From the NCBI RefSeq assembly GCF_009914755.1, contig NC_060925.1: a DNA stretch of 64,000 bases; one strand, written 5' to 3'. Below are positions 14,287 to 34,539 of the stretch, in pieces. The DNA is from the human T2T-CHM13v2.0 reference genome, Homo sapiens. The translations under genes were made by a program, and so were the position numbers. Within the stretch, counting starts at the first letter, position 1. Each line of letters starts with the position of its first letter. The notes beneath the pieces are model-generated. The model worked only from the letters and a program-made list of their open reading frames with translations, did no database searches and was not told where the DNA came from.

Positions 14287-15118
14287 ACATATATGTGTGT
14301 ATATGTACATAGGTTACATATATACACATGTGTATCATATTACATCTGTATGTAATACATGTATTCATGTATATACATATATATGAATTTTTTCCAGTTG
14401 GAAGAATTTTTTTTCTATTGGATTTGACGGTCCCACTGATGTACTTATTCAACATAATATTAGCTAGTCATATAATCACTAAATGTATTTCACTGTTCAC
14501 TTTGAGTAATCATTTGGTTGTTAGGGGAAGTGGTGATGTAATTTATGCAAATAGATTGATGAAGGAGCTGCTGACATGGCAGTTTATATGTATGGCTCTT
14601 GTTTGAGGGGATTAAATATAATGACAATAGTAAGATTCTTAACAACTCTCTTCAGAGAGGCCGTGGGTGGACTTGATTGTGTAAAGAAACAGAAATTATG
14701 TATGTGCATATTTGGGCACTCCATTTCTCATTCAACCTGCCATTTGAAACTACTTCTAATCTTTCAAAATACTGTAACTCCTCTCAGGCCTTGGTGAGCC
14801 TACAGATGATGCCCTCCCTTCCTGGAATGTCTTTGCCCCCTTCCTCTATTCCCTTGGATTGCCTGTATGCACCTCTTTTCCTTTTACGACACCCAGATCT
14901 TTTCAAGTTGCATAATCATATATTTTTCCTGACAAATTTCAGTTGCTGACACTTACATTAAAGTTTAGCCCCTCAACATTTTTCTCTCTGTCCTCCTATC
15001 ACCAGTCAAGACTCAATCAACATCACAGTTTCTCGTTCGTTTGTCTGTTTTTGTCCTTTTCATTTACAATATTGCTTTCTCTGTCTCTTCCATCCATTCG
15101 CAGGATGGCAATATGGAC

Positions 15119-15310
15119 CAGCACTGTCCAACAGAACTTTCTGTGTTGATGTAGTTGTTCTGTCTCTGTGAAATAATCATTAACCACATTTGGCTGTTTG
15201 TGCACGTGAATTGTGGCTAGTACAACTCAGGGACTGTATTTGTAATTTTATTTCATTTTAATGAATTACAATTTAAATTAAAACAGCCACAGGCTATTGA
15301 ACAGTATGGC
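15119..15310. mobile_element. MER3-like hAT-Charlie MITE
   Basis: cagcactgtccaacagaactttctg...cacatttggctg...tgtggctagtacaact...tttaaattaaaacagccaca. Confidence 0.75.
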
Positions 15311-15319
15311 TTTGGAACT

Positions 15320-17500
15320 TGCTGCCACTATCAATTGCACAGGATGCAAAATCACACTGTAAAGCATTCTACTCTTGGCCCTTTATGTACAGATCCCATA
15401 ATGTAATACTCTTACTTAAGTATATTTTCAGGCTCATCATGTACTCCAATCCTTTACTCTACCCTCATTTGCTTCATAGCCTGACTTCCCTCCTTACCTA
15501 GTTTGCATTTCTTCATCTATTCTTATAATTACTCCTGCCCCATTTTTCTTGTGTCATACTTAACTGACAAAACTACAAACCCTAACCCAACTTTTTGCAA
15601 ATTTCAAACCAGAAAAAAACTAATTAAATGACCTGGAAGGAAAAACAGAATAATTCAAAACACAGATGTGCTGACCTGTCTTACTTTAAATTAAAGATCA
15701 TGTATTGGTCTACACTGTCAAAAAAACTTACTATGTTTTCTGATTATTCATGTCTCTACTCTTCAAAATGAGCAGTTCATACCATATGTCTCTTCGAACA
15801 TCAACATCTCTCTTTCATACTCAATGACACTTGATTATATTACCTAATGTTTCACTTGAGGAAGTTAGATAAGACTACTTAATCAATTTGCTGCAAATTT
15901 TATTTTCTATCTACATTTGTTCATATAACTTTGTTGACTGCCCTCCCTTTTCATCAAAAAAATGAGTTCCAAACTTAGATATTTTGAGAAGGGGAGATAT
16001 GATTGTTCTCTTTCCCTCCTACAAATTGTTCTGTGTTTGGCTCCTTCCTGTCATTCAAGCTTATGTTCAAGGGGCATCTCCTTAGTGAGGACTTCCTTGA
16101 TCAGATTACACATCCCTCTCTCCACTGAAGCCACCGATATCAATTGTAATCATCCTGTTTGATTGCCTTTATTGTATAAGGACTCAATAAAATTATATTG
16201 TCTACTTGTTTACTTATATACTGTCTCCCCTGTGAGGTAAATTAATCTCCTTTTGAACAGGAGCATGATATCTGAGTCAGTCTGTCTTCAGCAACTAGAG
16301 TAGTGCCTGGAATATTATAGAGCTCTAAAAATTTTCATTGAATGGGCAAACAAATTAAGAAACAAAATAATAAAATTGTCCTTTTGTACTCAGCCAAGCT
16401 ATCATCTCCTCTTGATTTTTTCCCCTCTTCTCTAACCATATCCATGGTTCTAGAAAAAAGTGTCCATCCGTTGTCTTCTTATAGAAACCTTTAGCACTGA
16501 CTGATGCTTAAGTATCAGTTTCCTTCATTCTGTCCTAGACTGTGAACTTGTGGGAAAATGTCTGAATATTATTGCTTTTATCTGCCATATCTAACACAAT
16601 AGCGACTTGTAGTAAGCATCTCATTGGCATATCTGTCATGAATGTTCTTAATTTTGGAGTTCCTTAAGGTGCTATGCTATTTTTTTCCTTCCTTTAGTGC
16701 CCTTTCCCTGTTAATTTATCTATACTGATGATGTTATTGTCATTGTTACAAAAATAAATTATAATTTCCTATCTGTACTATAGATGTCTTTTTTGACCTA
16801 GGTATCTGTTTACCTGGCATGTCCTCACCAAACATAGTCCTCCTCCAGAATTCCCTACAGCAATAAATAATACCATCACACACTGAGAACCTCAGCAATG
16901 AGATGTTACTACTGACCCTTCTCTCTTACCATATTTAAGCTTTCACCAAGAGTTGACAATTCTATCTCTAAGATACATTGCCAAATCTTTCACTTCTCTC
17001 CTTCTTCACTGTCATGCCTATTGTCCTGTTACCATTTCTGGCCTGGAATTTTGAAATAACCAAATTAGTCATCCTTATGATCTACGATTTTCTCTTCCAG
17101 TCTAGTCTCCACACTATTGCTAGACTCATCTAAAAACTGGCTTCTGATTATATTACTCTACTGTTTTAAATAGCCCTTCAATGATTTATTATTATTCATT
17201 AAGCAAAAACTTGTATTAAATAAATTAACATGAGATGAAACCTACCTACCTCTCCAGAATTTAATCACATTACTCTCCTATATCTTTTCTCTACCTCAGC
17301 CCCTGTACTTTCCCTTGCTACTCCCATCTTTTGCACCTAGTGACGCATCCACTTGGAGGCTATCTTTATTGCTGATCTTTTAAATTGTTCCTGCTTATTC
17401 ACCTTTCAGGTCTCAAGATCAAGTGTTACTTTATGAAGAACATAAAGTATAATCTTTATAAAGAACATAAGTTATACTCCTGTATACTTTCATAGCTCCC
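15320..17500 (+). mobile_element. Multiple degraded L2 fragments
   Basis: L2 3' motifs (agagtagtgcctggaatattatagagctctaaaaattttcattgaatg near 16300) and a pyrimidine-rich L2-like body at 16700-17450. Boundaries approximate. Confidence 0.5.
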
Positions 17501-17639
17501 TGTCTGTATAAATTTCTGGTTGCATCAGAATAATTATGGTAGACTGAAACTGAAAGACTACAATGATAAATTTTCCTGTTCACTAGTTTTTGATTTTTTT
17601 TCTGTACACTGTATCTTTAGAATTCTATGAAAATGTGTA

Positions 17640-17810
17640 AACCTTATTTTACTGTACCTTCAAAATTACCATGTGAGTTCAACAGGCTAGGCATCATCAT
17701 CCCCCATTACACAGGTGAGGTCACTGAGATTCAGATTGACAAATGCTAAATTCAAAAGTGGTACATGAAGCCAGGCGTCCTGATACTGAGCCCCATGTTT
17801 CTTAAATCAG
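17640..17810 (-). mobile_element. MIR SINE
   Basis: atcatccccattacacaggtgaggtcactgagattcaga is the reverse MIR core. Confidence 0.7.
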
Positions 17811-19807
17811 GACAGCCATGTTGTTGTAATCATAATTCACATTTAAGTATGTTTTTTCAGGGTGTCAGATCTCAAAGTAACCTAAAAAAGTAACATGTTT
17901 TGGAATTTATAGTATTATGTTGTTTACAGAATTTTTTGTCATAGTTAAATGGCCTGGTCTTTATTTAAACTGACCCTACATTGTGTTCTTGATAGTTGTT
18001 CATGCCTTTTATTAAAGAGAGGAAGAAAATACTTCTTTTTAGGAGTCTGGCTTCAAGCTGTTGCAAGAACAAATTATTCTATGCTTACAATGTATAGTAT
18101 AATGATAAACATTTTTTAAAAGAAAAAGCATACATATTATATTCAATGAGGAATGTTGTTTTCTTAGAGAACTATGAGGAACAAGGATTTTGAAACAATT
18201 TTGTTGTATATGACTCATGAATAAATTCTCCCTTCATTGTAGAAGGCACCATCTTTGCCCCATTACTAGATGAAATAAACCCAAGGACAAAGGAAATCAA
18301 GAGGTAATCCTTTTGGCAATCTTGTCATGCAGTTTCTGCAAAACATTCCCTGCAGTGCAGGATTGTTCAAAGCTTCACACACAGAGTCTTGCTTGCTGCG
18401 AGAAAAAACTAGCTGCCTCTTGCTGAGAAAGATTTTCTGATAAAGAATAGGAACTGAGTGACTTGCTATATCTGTATGGTCTAAGGTCTTGGCAGACCAC
18501 AAGTCCATGTTTCAGTGATCCATGGTATTTGTTTCACATTCTTGTGCCCCGATTGGATGAGAGTATTTAGCTTTGAGAAGGAAACATCTCATTTAATGTT
18601 GCACTCCTTTTTCCAAGGAGCATATTTTTCATCATCAATTCCTTATTTCTCATACTTTTATTTTATTTACCTATCTCTGTTTTTCCTTAATCCTATTAGC
18701 CCTTGATGTTAAAAACATGCAGCATTATAAAATAACAAAAATATACAACTCGTGTGATATGTATAATACATATAAAACAAAAATACTGAAGATTGTGTAA
18801 GAAAATTTCACCTTATGAAATTTCCCGAGTCACTGAGAGTGCATCAGAATTTCACAGTTTGGGAAGAAATACTTGGGATTGGAGCATGACACTTTCCCAC
18901 TCTTGTTTACCTAAGAACTGAAGTTATATATTGACATAGAAGTGCATTAGAAGAAGATGTTGCCGAAAAGAAAACTGAAATTTTGCTGTATAAGTGTGAA
19001 ACTGAACTGTCTAGTATACTATAGTAGATTGGCTATCTCTTAGTCAGTTGTCACTCATTCATACATTTGAAACAAATCTTTATTAATTGCATATATTAAT
19101 GTAAGTAATACCGATAAAGTACACATTAGAAATCTGCATATTGTGCTGGCTTTGATATATAGCTGTGATTATAATGGTATTTTATTTGGCCAACATTCCA
19201 CAAAAATATGAAATTGAAAAGTGTAAAAATTATTTTTTAGACTATTCTTTGCAAAAAAAAACTTTTCTCATGCTTTTATGAAGATTTAGAAAATTTAGAA
19301 TTCTAAAGGCTCTCTTAAATATGACTTCTTTCCTTGTTTTTTAGACAATGAAACAGAGCTCAGAATGTTCAAAGTTTTCCAAAGATAGTGTAGAGGGGAT
19401 GTTGAATCATTTCAGGCCAGTGTCTTCTATAGAACAGAATATTATATAATATTTTAATTATTTGTTGTCCATATTTAATATATGAAAATTCGATCAAGTG
19501 GAAAACATATCAACATCTAAAACAATAAAGTAAAAATAATAAAAAATAGTAAACAAAAACTTTCAATAATAGGACTTCACTTTTTGTGGTTGAAATTACT
19601 CATTAAATAAAAAGGTGACTGTGAAATATTTCTTGACATATCAATGAAGGAAACGGTTAAAAAGCAATTATCATCTTGACCTTTTAATTCAAATTTAGGC
19701 TCAAAACATTAATATGATCTGTAAATTAGAACAAATGAGATGAGAATTATGATGAATATATGGTGATTGTGGCTATATTTAGCAACCTTTTAAGAATAGC
19801 AGGTACT

Positions 19808-20130
<323 letters not shown>

Positions 20131-20355
20131 TTATAAATGTTTGTAGAATGAACAGATTTTGTGGAATCTCAGATTTATTTCAGCTTCTAGAAACTCTTGA
20201 TATCATTCAATATTTTGACTATATCTTCTACAACAAGGTATAGTATAGTGAAAAAATAGACAAATATGAAAAATACTGTTTCCATAAGAATATGACTTCT
20301 TTGTTGCCATTTCAAATAATTCCTTTTAATACTTATTTTATTTTGTAAACTAAAC

Positions 20356-21040
20356 TTTTTTTTTTTTTTTTAGTTTTGGAAAACTTGTAGATTTATGGAA
20401 CAGTTGCAAAGATAATACAGATCATTTTCATGTACATATCATTCAGTTTCCCTTTCCCCCTGACATTAACATCTTGTTTATCTAGGGTACATTTGTCAAA
20501 ATAAAGAAATTATCATTGCTAAATGACTATTAGCAGCAGATTCCACCAGTTTCTCCGCGAATGTCATTTTTCTGATATAGGATCCCATTTAGGATATTGG
20601 CATTGGGATTCCATAGTCTCCTCTGGGTCTGTGACAATAGCTCTGTCTTTGTTTTTAAACAACCTTCACAGCTTTGAAAGGAAGTAGGCGTGATGTAGAG
20701 TATCCCTGAATTTTGGATTGCCTGATGTTTTTCTTAGCTTAGATTGAAGTTATGGGTTTTTGAGAACACCATAGAGAAGTAGCCTTCTCATTCCAACATA
20801 TCAAAGATTACATGGTATTAACATGACAAATCCCTGGTGATGTTAACCTTGATGGAGTTATTGTCTGTCAGGTGCTTCCACTGTAAGTCACCTTCTCTTT
20901 CCATACTTTATTCTTTGGAAGCAAGTTACTCTTCCATCCCACACTAAAGGGGAGGAGAATCAAGATCCATCTTCTGTAGGGAGTTATGTCTATGTAGATC
21001 ATTTGGAATTCTGTAAGAAAAATTTGTCCTCATTTTATTT
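20356..21040 (-). mobile_element. Old L1 (L1MC/MD-type) 3' fragment
   Basis: Poly-T followed by tagatttatggaacagttgcaaagataatacaga...ggtgatgttaaccttgat, resembling an L1MC 3' UTR. Confidence 0.7.
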
Positions 21041-22559
21041 TGTAAATTATGATGAAACAACGGTATTATTGTACATAATTTAAATTTTATTTCATGATTC
21101 TACTTTTTTTTTTTTTTTTAGTTTTAAACCTAACTGCTACATCCACAATGCTTTCTTTGAGAACTTTAAGTGAATGTGGGAAAAAAGGAAACAGTCTATA
21201 CTGTTTATAAAATTTGTTTTCATATATGGTCTAATTAAACTCAAATGCCAGAACAACCCTTCTGTTTCTTCAGTAGGAAATCATATTAAGAAGAAGTCTT
21301 ATGTCCCTTGGTGGTCCTAGAAAATTATCAGTGTTAATCTCAATAAATTGGATAAAGCATATCAGTATACTCTATTAAAGCTACATATCTACTAAGAAAT
21401 GGAGACATCAATGCTAAAAATAATATTTTTGAGATATAACCAAACACAACCATTTTTTTCCATGCACACAGATGGAATATAATGAATCAAAATTGCGACT
21501 ACATTCCACAATCAGGGAACATATTTTCTAAAAGCCTTAGCTTCAAGGGATTTGAATTTATGCTTTGGAAAGACTAAATAGCCTGCTCATTGTGACCTCA
21601 ATGGGCAACAAGGGACATCTAGAGACAATAGATCTGGCACAGATATTGGTCTGCGGCTATTAAGCGTCTTATAAGTGAGTAACAAAACTTTAAAATCAAT
21701 ACAGATTGTTCTGGAAAGTCAATGAAGAGACTTTCAAATAAAGGGTAATATGTTCAAACAGATGACTATCCATAAGGATGTGGCTGACTACATTTAACAG
21801 AGAATATGTTTTGGAAAGAGAACAGCTCTACTATCCCATAAGTAGAAAGTCTGAGTGATCTCAACTTTATAAAATATATTGTTAATATCACATTGAATAT
21901 ATTATACCATAAGAAAAGTTTCTTATGATGAGATAATGAATTAAGAAGTATTTTGCAAATGGTAAAATTCTCACAAATGTTAGTAATGATTTAGAGTTAT
22001 TGCACCATAATTCTGAACTTACTGCTTGAAAAGATGTCAGTTTAGTAACAATTTGTACATTATAACACTGACAGCACTGAACTATGATTTCATCTGTAAG
22101 TGAAATAGTCAGTTTTGAGACATTTCAAGTTATTTTCCCTTCCTTTTCAATAAGTCCTGTCTAGAAGAGACTATTATTTTTCAACAATTAAATTATCCTT
22201 GGCTCATCTTTTACCTACTTCATGTTCAGTTAAGTAGGGACATGCCTATTCACTTGTGGTTTATATTTGCGTTTCTGACCAGAAATGACACATTAACAGC
22301 AAAGCAGGAAGTCCTTGCACTGAAAGTTCCCCTAAACCCACCAAAATGTGCATAACCTCAACTTGAAATAGGAAGATAACAGACCCAAAAGTGACATGAA
22401 GAGTTTGACTTCAACTTCTTTTGATTCTACCTATGAATTTCTCAAACTATTTGCTGTTCTGTCTCCTCACAGTCATTCTGGTTTGGACATCAGGAGCTCT
22501 CCCTTCTTCCCTATGCACACCCACCTCTGAATGGGTCCCTTTCTCTGCAGTTGTGGCTT

Positions 22560-23561
<1,002 letters not shown>

Positions 23562-24269
23562 TGAAAGAACTATGGAAAGAATTTATTGAAACCTCCATTA
23601 GCATTTTCTTCTCAATTTCATTACGAAGTTTTGTACCTTTTTTCAAAATTATCCTTAAAGTCTGTAATCCTATAATTTTCCTGAGAATCTAATCCAATTT
23701 TGATGGAATTTTTATCAATATCTATTGAGTGATGTTACAAATATGCAAAAGTAACTACAAAGAACATTTTTTAAGAAAACAGTTCACAATGGAATTTTTT
23801 ACATATAGATAATTCAAAGTGAATGAAACTAAAGGTGACATATTCACATAAATGAAATGTAAGACATTGATTAAGGAGGCATATTCAATGGTGGATTGCT
23901 TTATCTGAGATGGAATGAAGGCACAAATAACAGCTGGTCTGAGCATTGTTCAAAGGCAGTGAGGCATAAGGGACCCCGCAGAAGGGAAAACAGTAAATGA
24001 ACAGTCTCTGTGGTATTGTTGGGAAAACCTTATTTTGTGTAAGCCAAGATTACAATAATTGAGAACACTAAGAACACAGGAGCTAAATCAGTAAATGGCA
24101 CTTTTTACCAAATCTCTACCTTTTAGTAGTTCTTCCAGGGTGAAAGAAGCTGTTCCCACCTGGGAATCATTGGAGTGGTCCACTTTCAACCAAATAGTCC
24201 TGCGTAGTACCCTAAAGAAAAAATGATCTCTTGCTGTCAATAGCACAATATTTGAATAACAATAGTTTA

Positions 24270-24490
24270 ATAATAGCCAACATCAGTTTAGTACTAATCA
24301 TATGGCAAGTACTTTACAAGTATTATCTGACTAAACTCTTAATACCTTCTAGGAGTAGTGATGTCACATTTTACATAAATATACAAATACAAAGGTATAA
24401 TCACCTGTTTGAGGTAACACAGCTAAAAAGTAGCTGAGTAAGTATTCAAATCACGTCCTTTTGGCTTCACAGCCCAAAGTCTTAACTGAG
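24270..24490 (-). mobile_element. MIR SINE
   Basis: taatagccaacat...ggcaagtactttacaagtattatct...cattttacataaat...aggtaacacagcta...attcaaatcacgt. Confidence 0.7.
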
Positions 24491-26131
24491 GAAAATAACA
24501 TGTTTTATAATCGAAAGAGAAAATTATCATATGTTAACTTTTTGTAGAAAAAAAATTCTATTTTCCTCATTCATTTGATTTTGTCAATATAACTTCTTTT
24601 TTTTTTTTTTTTTTTAATAAAGTGGCTTTTGCTACCTCCAAACAGGAACACAGGTTTGAGAAATTTCATTTTCAAGTTAGGTAATGTTTTTTGTTCTGAT
24701 GAGACCTCCGAAGGTGGCTTTGACATTTAAAAGTGATGTGAAGATAAAATGATCAAAGCTGTCAAATGATACTGCAACTGTAAGAATGTAGTAATTTTAT
24801 CATCTACTTTCACCGTGAGTATTATATATGCTTTTTAGACAAGCATTTTTAGGGTGTATATGTTTGTTTGTTTAAGGCATCATGATTGACAGAAATTATT
24901 GCAAGATCAAAAGTAAATCAAATTTAGAACTTGTAACCCAAGGGGGCCAGCATGAACAGCTAAAAAACAAAAACAAAAAACAACCAACAAACAAACACCT
25001 GCATCTTGCATGAACTATCTGTTGAGAACTCTATAGTTCCTCTATGGATTCATAAATCCTAATTGCATAATCTTGAGTTCTCTGAAAATCATACACATCA
25101 TCCAAAGCTGTTGTTAGCCTTTGGTACAATATAAGCACATTTCTCTTACTTTAGCAATTTTCTTTTATTTCTTTGGAATTATGTAAGGTCTATTAACTTC
25201 AAAGTTATTTTCACAGACTATTCAAGGAAGTAGAAAGTTGCCATGGTATCTAAGTCAGGTTTCTCTGTAGCACAAAGGATAAGTGTGAAAAAATATTTCT
25301 AGTCTTGTGAAAACCAAAGGAAATTATTGTAACACAACATTTCTGATCTTGTGGAAAACATTTTTGAAATTGAATAAAATTGCTGTGCTTTAAGGGAGAC
25401 AGAGCTCTCAGTGTATTAAACTATATGTCATTATGTTGCCAGGAGTCTCTATTTTACATCGCAGTTAAACTTCATGGCTGAAACAACAAACAGACTTTCT
25501 CAAATATTCTTATAAATATCACATTTCAGTGAGTTAGTTGGTTCATATGTTCTGGGTGTGTAGAGACTGAAGTATCTGCTGTATCTGACTATTTTAAAGA
25601 TCATATTAATACCATACAGTTTCAGTTCTAAATCTCAAAAGATTAAGGTTTATTAGCACATTAAGAAAGTCAAAAGGAAAAAAATCTAAATTAATACTAA
25701 TAAAAAAGAAAAATATCTAAATAGATATAAACAATTATTTTTTTCTTGGTCTGAACATGTTTATAACTTAATGAATTAATTTCTTCTCATTTATTGTACA
25801 AATTTTGATTTGTATCTATAAGTCTTTTTAGCAAAATTCCCCAATTTAATGCATCCTATATGTACCCAGTAAAGGAGAGAAACACAGACAAGGTCAGTTT
25901 TCTGCCCAGGACTGAGTCCAGATACAAAGAAAAATATTTACCATGAGAATTCATAACTATACCTCTTATACAGTCAAGGTTTAACATTAGCATTAACAAA
26001 AACTGGTCTTGCAAAAGCTGCCTCTACATGATTCCTATATGTAAGGCCCTAACAATTAAAATACTAAAATCCAAAGTTACAAAACACAAAAGAAAATAAG
26101 TCACCATAAACAAGAGTTAAGAAACAGCATA

Positions 26132-26441
26132 GGCCTGTTGCGGTGGCTCATGCCTGTAATCCCAGAATTTTGGGAGGCTGAGGTGGGCAGATTATGAGGT
26201 CAAGAGATGGAGACCGTCCTGGCCAACATGGTGAAGCCCTGTCTCTACTAAAAATAGAAAAATTAGCTGGGCGTGGTGGCGGGCACCTATAATCCCAGCT
26301 ACTCTGGAGGCTGAGGCAGGAGAATTGCTTTAACCAGGCAGGCAGAGGTTACAGTGAGCCGAGATCGCACCACTGCACCCCAGCCTGGTGACAGAGCGAG
26401 ACTCTGTCTCAAAAAAAAAAAAAGAAAAAAAGAAAGAAAGA
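26132..26441 (+). mobile_element. AluSc-like SINE with 13-bp TSD
   Basis: gaggtcaagagatggagacc diagnostic; TSD aagaaacagcata at 26119-26131 and 26442-26454. Confidence 0.95.
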
Positions 26442-26803
26442 AAGAAACAGCATAATGAAGATTTGGAACCCCAACTAACTCAGATATTGGAATTCCAAGT
26501 AAAGATTATATACATAATATCAAGTAAATTTATAATATCAAATAAAAATATGTAAGAAAATAAGGAACAAGTTAGTACCTTTTTTAAAACAGACAGATTA
26601 GTCAAGAAAATAAATAGAAAATTGAGTACTGTTAATATTAATCATAAAGGACCTGTATTAAGTGCTACTAATAAAACTAATAAAATATTTTAAATAGAAA
26701 AATAATTATTATTGCTATAAAGCAAGTGGTCAGGTAAAACAATAAGCTTAATGCAGGTGAAAGAGAGAGTTAATAAATTGAAAATTTGAAAATACGCTAA
26801 AAT

Positions 26804-27252
<449 letters not shown>

Positions 27253-28799
27253 TTATAAAAATGTATTAACTGAGAATTTTCTAGATCTCTTAATGACTTT
27301 AGAGTCTCATTAAAAACTACAACCCCCAAATAAGGTAAACTACAAGTTCACCCTGGGCAATATCATGATCATCCTATAAAATACCAAAAGAAAGATGAAA
27401 AAGAAAGATTACTTACGAGATTAGAATTTTGAAAAATACTAGATGTCTCAATAGAAAAATAGAAACTGAAATAAAAATGTGTAAAGTTTAAGAAAAAATG
27501 AGTTTAAATTAGAATTGTATATCTGGTAAAATAAATTGAAGACAGTAGGTGAAATTCATTTTACAATAAACTAGAATTGAGTTTACTGATGACAAATTTT
27601 CACTTATAAGCCTATAGAATGCAATTTAGGGAGGATGAATTTGAACCCCAAGAAAGAACAAAAAAATCAAGCACTAAGAGTATGAAAAATATTAAGCATG
27701 CATAATATATACAGTAATTGGCTTTATAAAAAAAGAAGGGATAAAAAAAGCTTCTCTTATTCTTCAAAGGAAAAGAAAAGGTACAAGGACCAAGGCATAG
27801 CATCACACTCTATATTACTGATACATTATTTACTTTTTTAAGAAAAGCCCAATTATAATAATTGAGCCTTTGCCAGTCATTAAGTATTTATTGCCCATTT
27901 GCCCTCTTTCCTCACATGTTGAAAATAAATGTCAGTTCATTTTTCCTTAGGTTTATCTTGCACATCAACCTTCTCTTTATACTACTGTCTATATGACCTA
28001 TAATTTTGTTGCTTCTTTGCAAACAATAATAACATTTCTACTTCTGTTATTTCTCTTTTCTATTACAGAACCACACTATTTTAAACTATTTAAAATTCCA
28101 TCTGAAAATCTCTGAGAAGCAACTTTTTTGTTAATTTTAATGTATTTGGTCTTTCCATTATTTCAAAAATACATAGTGTGACTGTCTAGTTAAATAGAAA
28201 AAAACTTACTAAACAATTTGTTTCTCCATGGTGCTCAGAAATGAAGACATGGGCTGTTGACTAAAATAGGCCCAGATTCCAATCCCTCTGCAACCCTGAG
28301 CACTTTTCTTTTTAACAGTATCTTTCTCATTGTACTAGCTGCCTGTTTTCTTATATTTTATTTCTTTTTGTAAGTTCTAGTCTCAATCATTCATTCTTTT
28401 TTTAATTTATTTTTTATTTCAATAGGTTTTTAGGGAGCAGGTGGTGTTTGACTACATGAATAAATTCTCTAGTGGTGATTTCTGAGATTTTGGTGCACCC
28501 ATCACCCGAGTGTACACTGTACCCAGTGTGTAGCCTTCCATCCCTCACCCCCCTCCCACCCTTTCCCCTAAGTCCCCAAAGTCTAGTGTATCATTCTTAT
28601 GCCTTTGCATCCTCATAGCTTAGCTCTCACTAATGAGTGAGAACATGTGGTATTTGGTTTCCAATTCCTGAGTTATGTCACTTAGAATAATAGTCTCCAA
28701 TTCCATCCAGGTTGCTGCAAATGCCATTATTTTGTTCCTTTTTATGGCTGAGTAGTATTTTGTGGTATACTAGCATTGGGGCTGGTTCCATATTTTTGC

Positions 28800-32730
<3,931 letters not shown>

Positions 32731-32759
32731 ATGCTATCTGTTGCCTGAATACCTTATTG

Positions 32760-33720
32760 TTGTTTTTTTCATTGTGTTATTGTTATTATAGGTCCTCTGA
32801 GATTTATGCTTTAAGGAGGTTCTATTTTGGTGTATTTCAAAGATTTGTTTCAATATTTAGAGCTCCTTTTAGAAGTTCTTGCAGTGTTGGCTTGGTAGTG
32901 GCAAATTCTTTCAGCATTTGTTTGTCTGAAAAGACTATTTTTCCTTCGTTTATGAAGCTTAGTTTCACTGGATACAAAATCTTGGCTGATAATTGTTTCG
33001 CTTAAGGAAGCTAAAAATAGGACCCCAATCTTTTCTAGCTTGTAGAGTTTCTGCTGAGAAATCTACTATTAATGTTTTTGCCTTATAGCTCTTAAGATTC
33101 TTTCCTTCATTCTGACTTTAAATAACCTGATGACTATGTGCCTAGGTGATAACCTTTTTGCAATGACTTGCCCAGGTGTTCTTTGAGCTTCTTGTATTTG
33201 GATGTCTAGATCTCTAGCAAAGTCCGGGAAGTTTTTCTTTACTATTCCCTCAAATATGTTTTCCATATGTTTAGACTTATCTTCTTTCTTGAGAAAACCA
33301 ATTTTTCTTAGGTTTGAATGTTTAACATAGTCTCAAACTTCACAGAGGGTTTGTTCATTTTGTACAATTACTTTTTCTTTGTCTTTGACAGATTGAGTTA
33401 ATTCAAAAGCCTGTCTTTGAATTCTGAAGTTTTTTTCTTCTACTTGTTCAATTCTATTGCTGAGACTTTCCAGTGCATTTTGCATTTCTCTAATTGTGTC
33501 CTTGATTTCCAGAAGTTGTGATTGTTTTTTATTTATGCTATCTATTTCCCTGAAGATTTTTTCTTTCATATCCTATATCACGTTTTTGATCTTTTTTAAT
33601 TGAACTTCACCTTTCTCTGGTGCCTCCTTGATTAGCTTAATAATCAACCTTCTCCATTCTTCTTCTTGTGATTCAGAGATTTTATTTTGGTTTAGATCCA
33701 TTGCTGGTGAGCTAGAGTGA
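32760..33720 (-). pseudogene. L1 ORF1 remnant
   Basis: ENIFEGIVKKNFPDFARDLDIQIQEAQRTP...SPRHIVIRL (33069..33266) and a coiled-coil segment (33333..33569). Outer limits approximate. Confidence 0.85.
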
Positions 33721-34539
33721 CCTTTTGGAGGTGTTACAGAACATTTTTGTCATATTACAGAATTGTTTTTCTGGTTCCTTCTCTTGTGGGTAGACTATGT
33801 CAGAGGGAAGATCTGAGACTCAAGGGCTGCTGCTCAGATTCCTTTGTCCCACAGGGTGCTCCCTTGATGTGCTGTTTCCCCTCTTCCCCTAGGAATAGGG
33901 CTTTCTGAGAGCCAAACAGCAGTGATTGATTTCCTTTTCTAGATCTAGCCACCCAGTGGAGCTACTGGCCTCTGAGCTGGTCTTGGAGAGTGTTGGCAAA
34001 AAGTCCTGCGATGTGATCCGTCTTCATGTCTTTCAGCCATGGATAACAGCATCTGCCCCAGTGGCGGTAACAGGGGAGTGAAGTGGACTCTGTGATGGTC
34101 CTTGGTTGTATTTTTGTTTAGTGCACTGGTTTTGTGTTGATTGGCCTCCAGCTAGGAGGTGGCACTTTTAAGAGTGCATCAGCTGTGGTACTATAGGGAG
34201 GATGCAAACTTGCCCTAGGGATGCCTGGTTAAGTATTCAGGTTTCTCAAGTGGTAGGCAGGGCCATAGAGCTCCCAAGAGATTATGACTGTTGTCTTCAA
34301 CTAACAGGGCAGGTAGAGAAAGACTACCAGGTGCAGGCAGGGATAGGCATGTCTGAGCTCAGACTCTGGCATGGGTGGGGCTTGCTGCAGCTGCTGTGGG
34401 GAATAAGGGTGTGGTTTTCAAGCCAATGGAGTTATATTCCTAGGAGAGTCACACAGGTGGCCTGGAAAGTAGAGGAAAGCTGGCAGTCACCAGCCTCACC
34501 CCACTCCCATGCAGCCTGTAGTCTTAAAGGATGGTCTCT

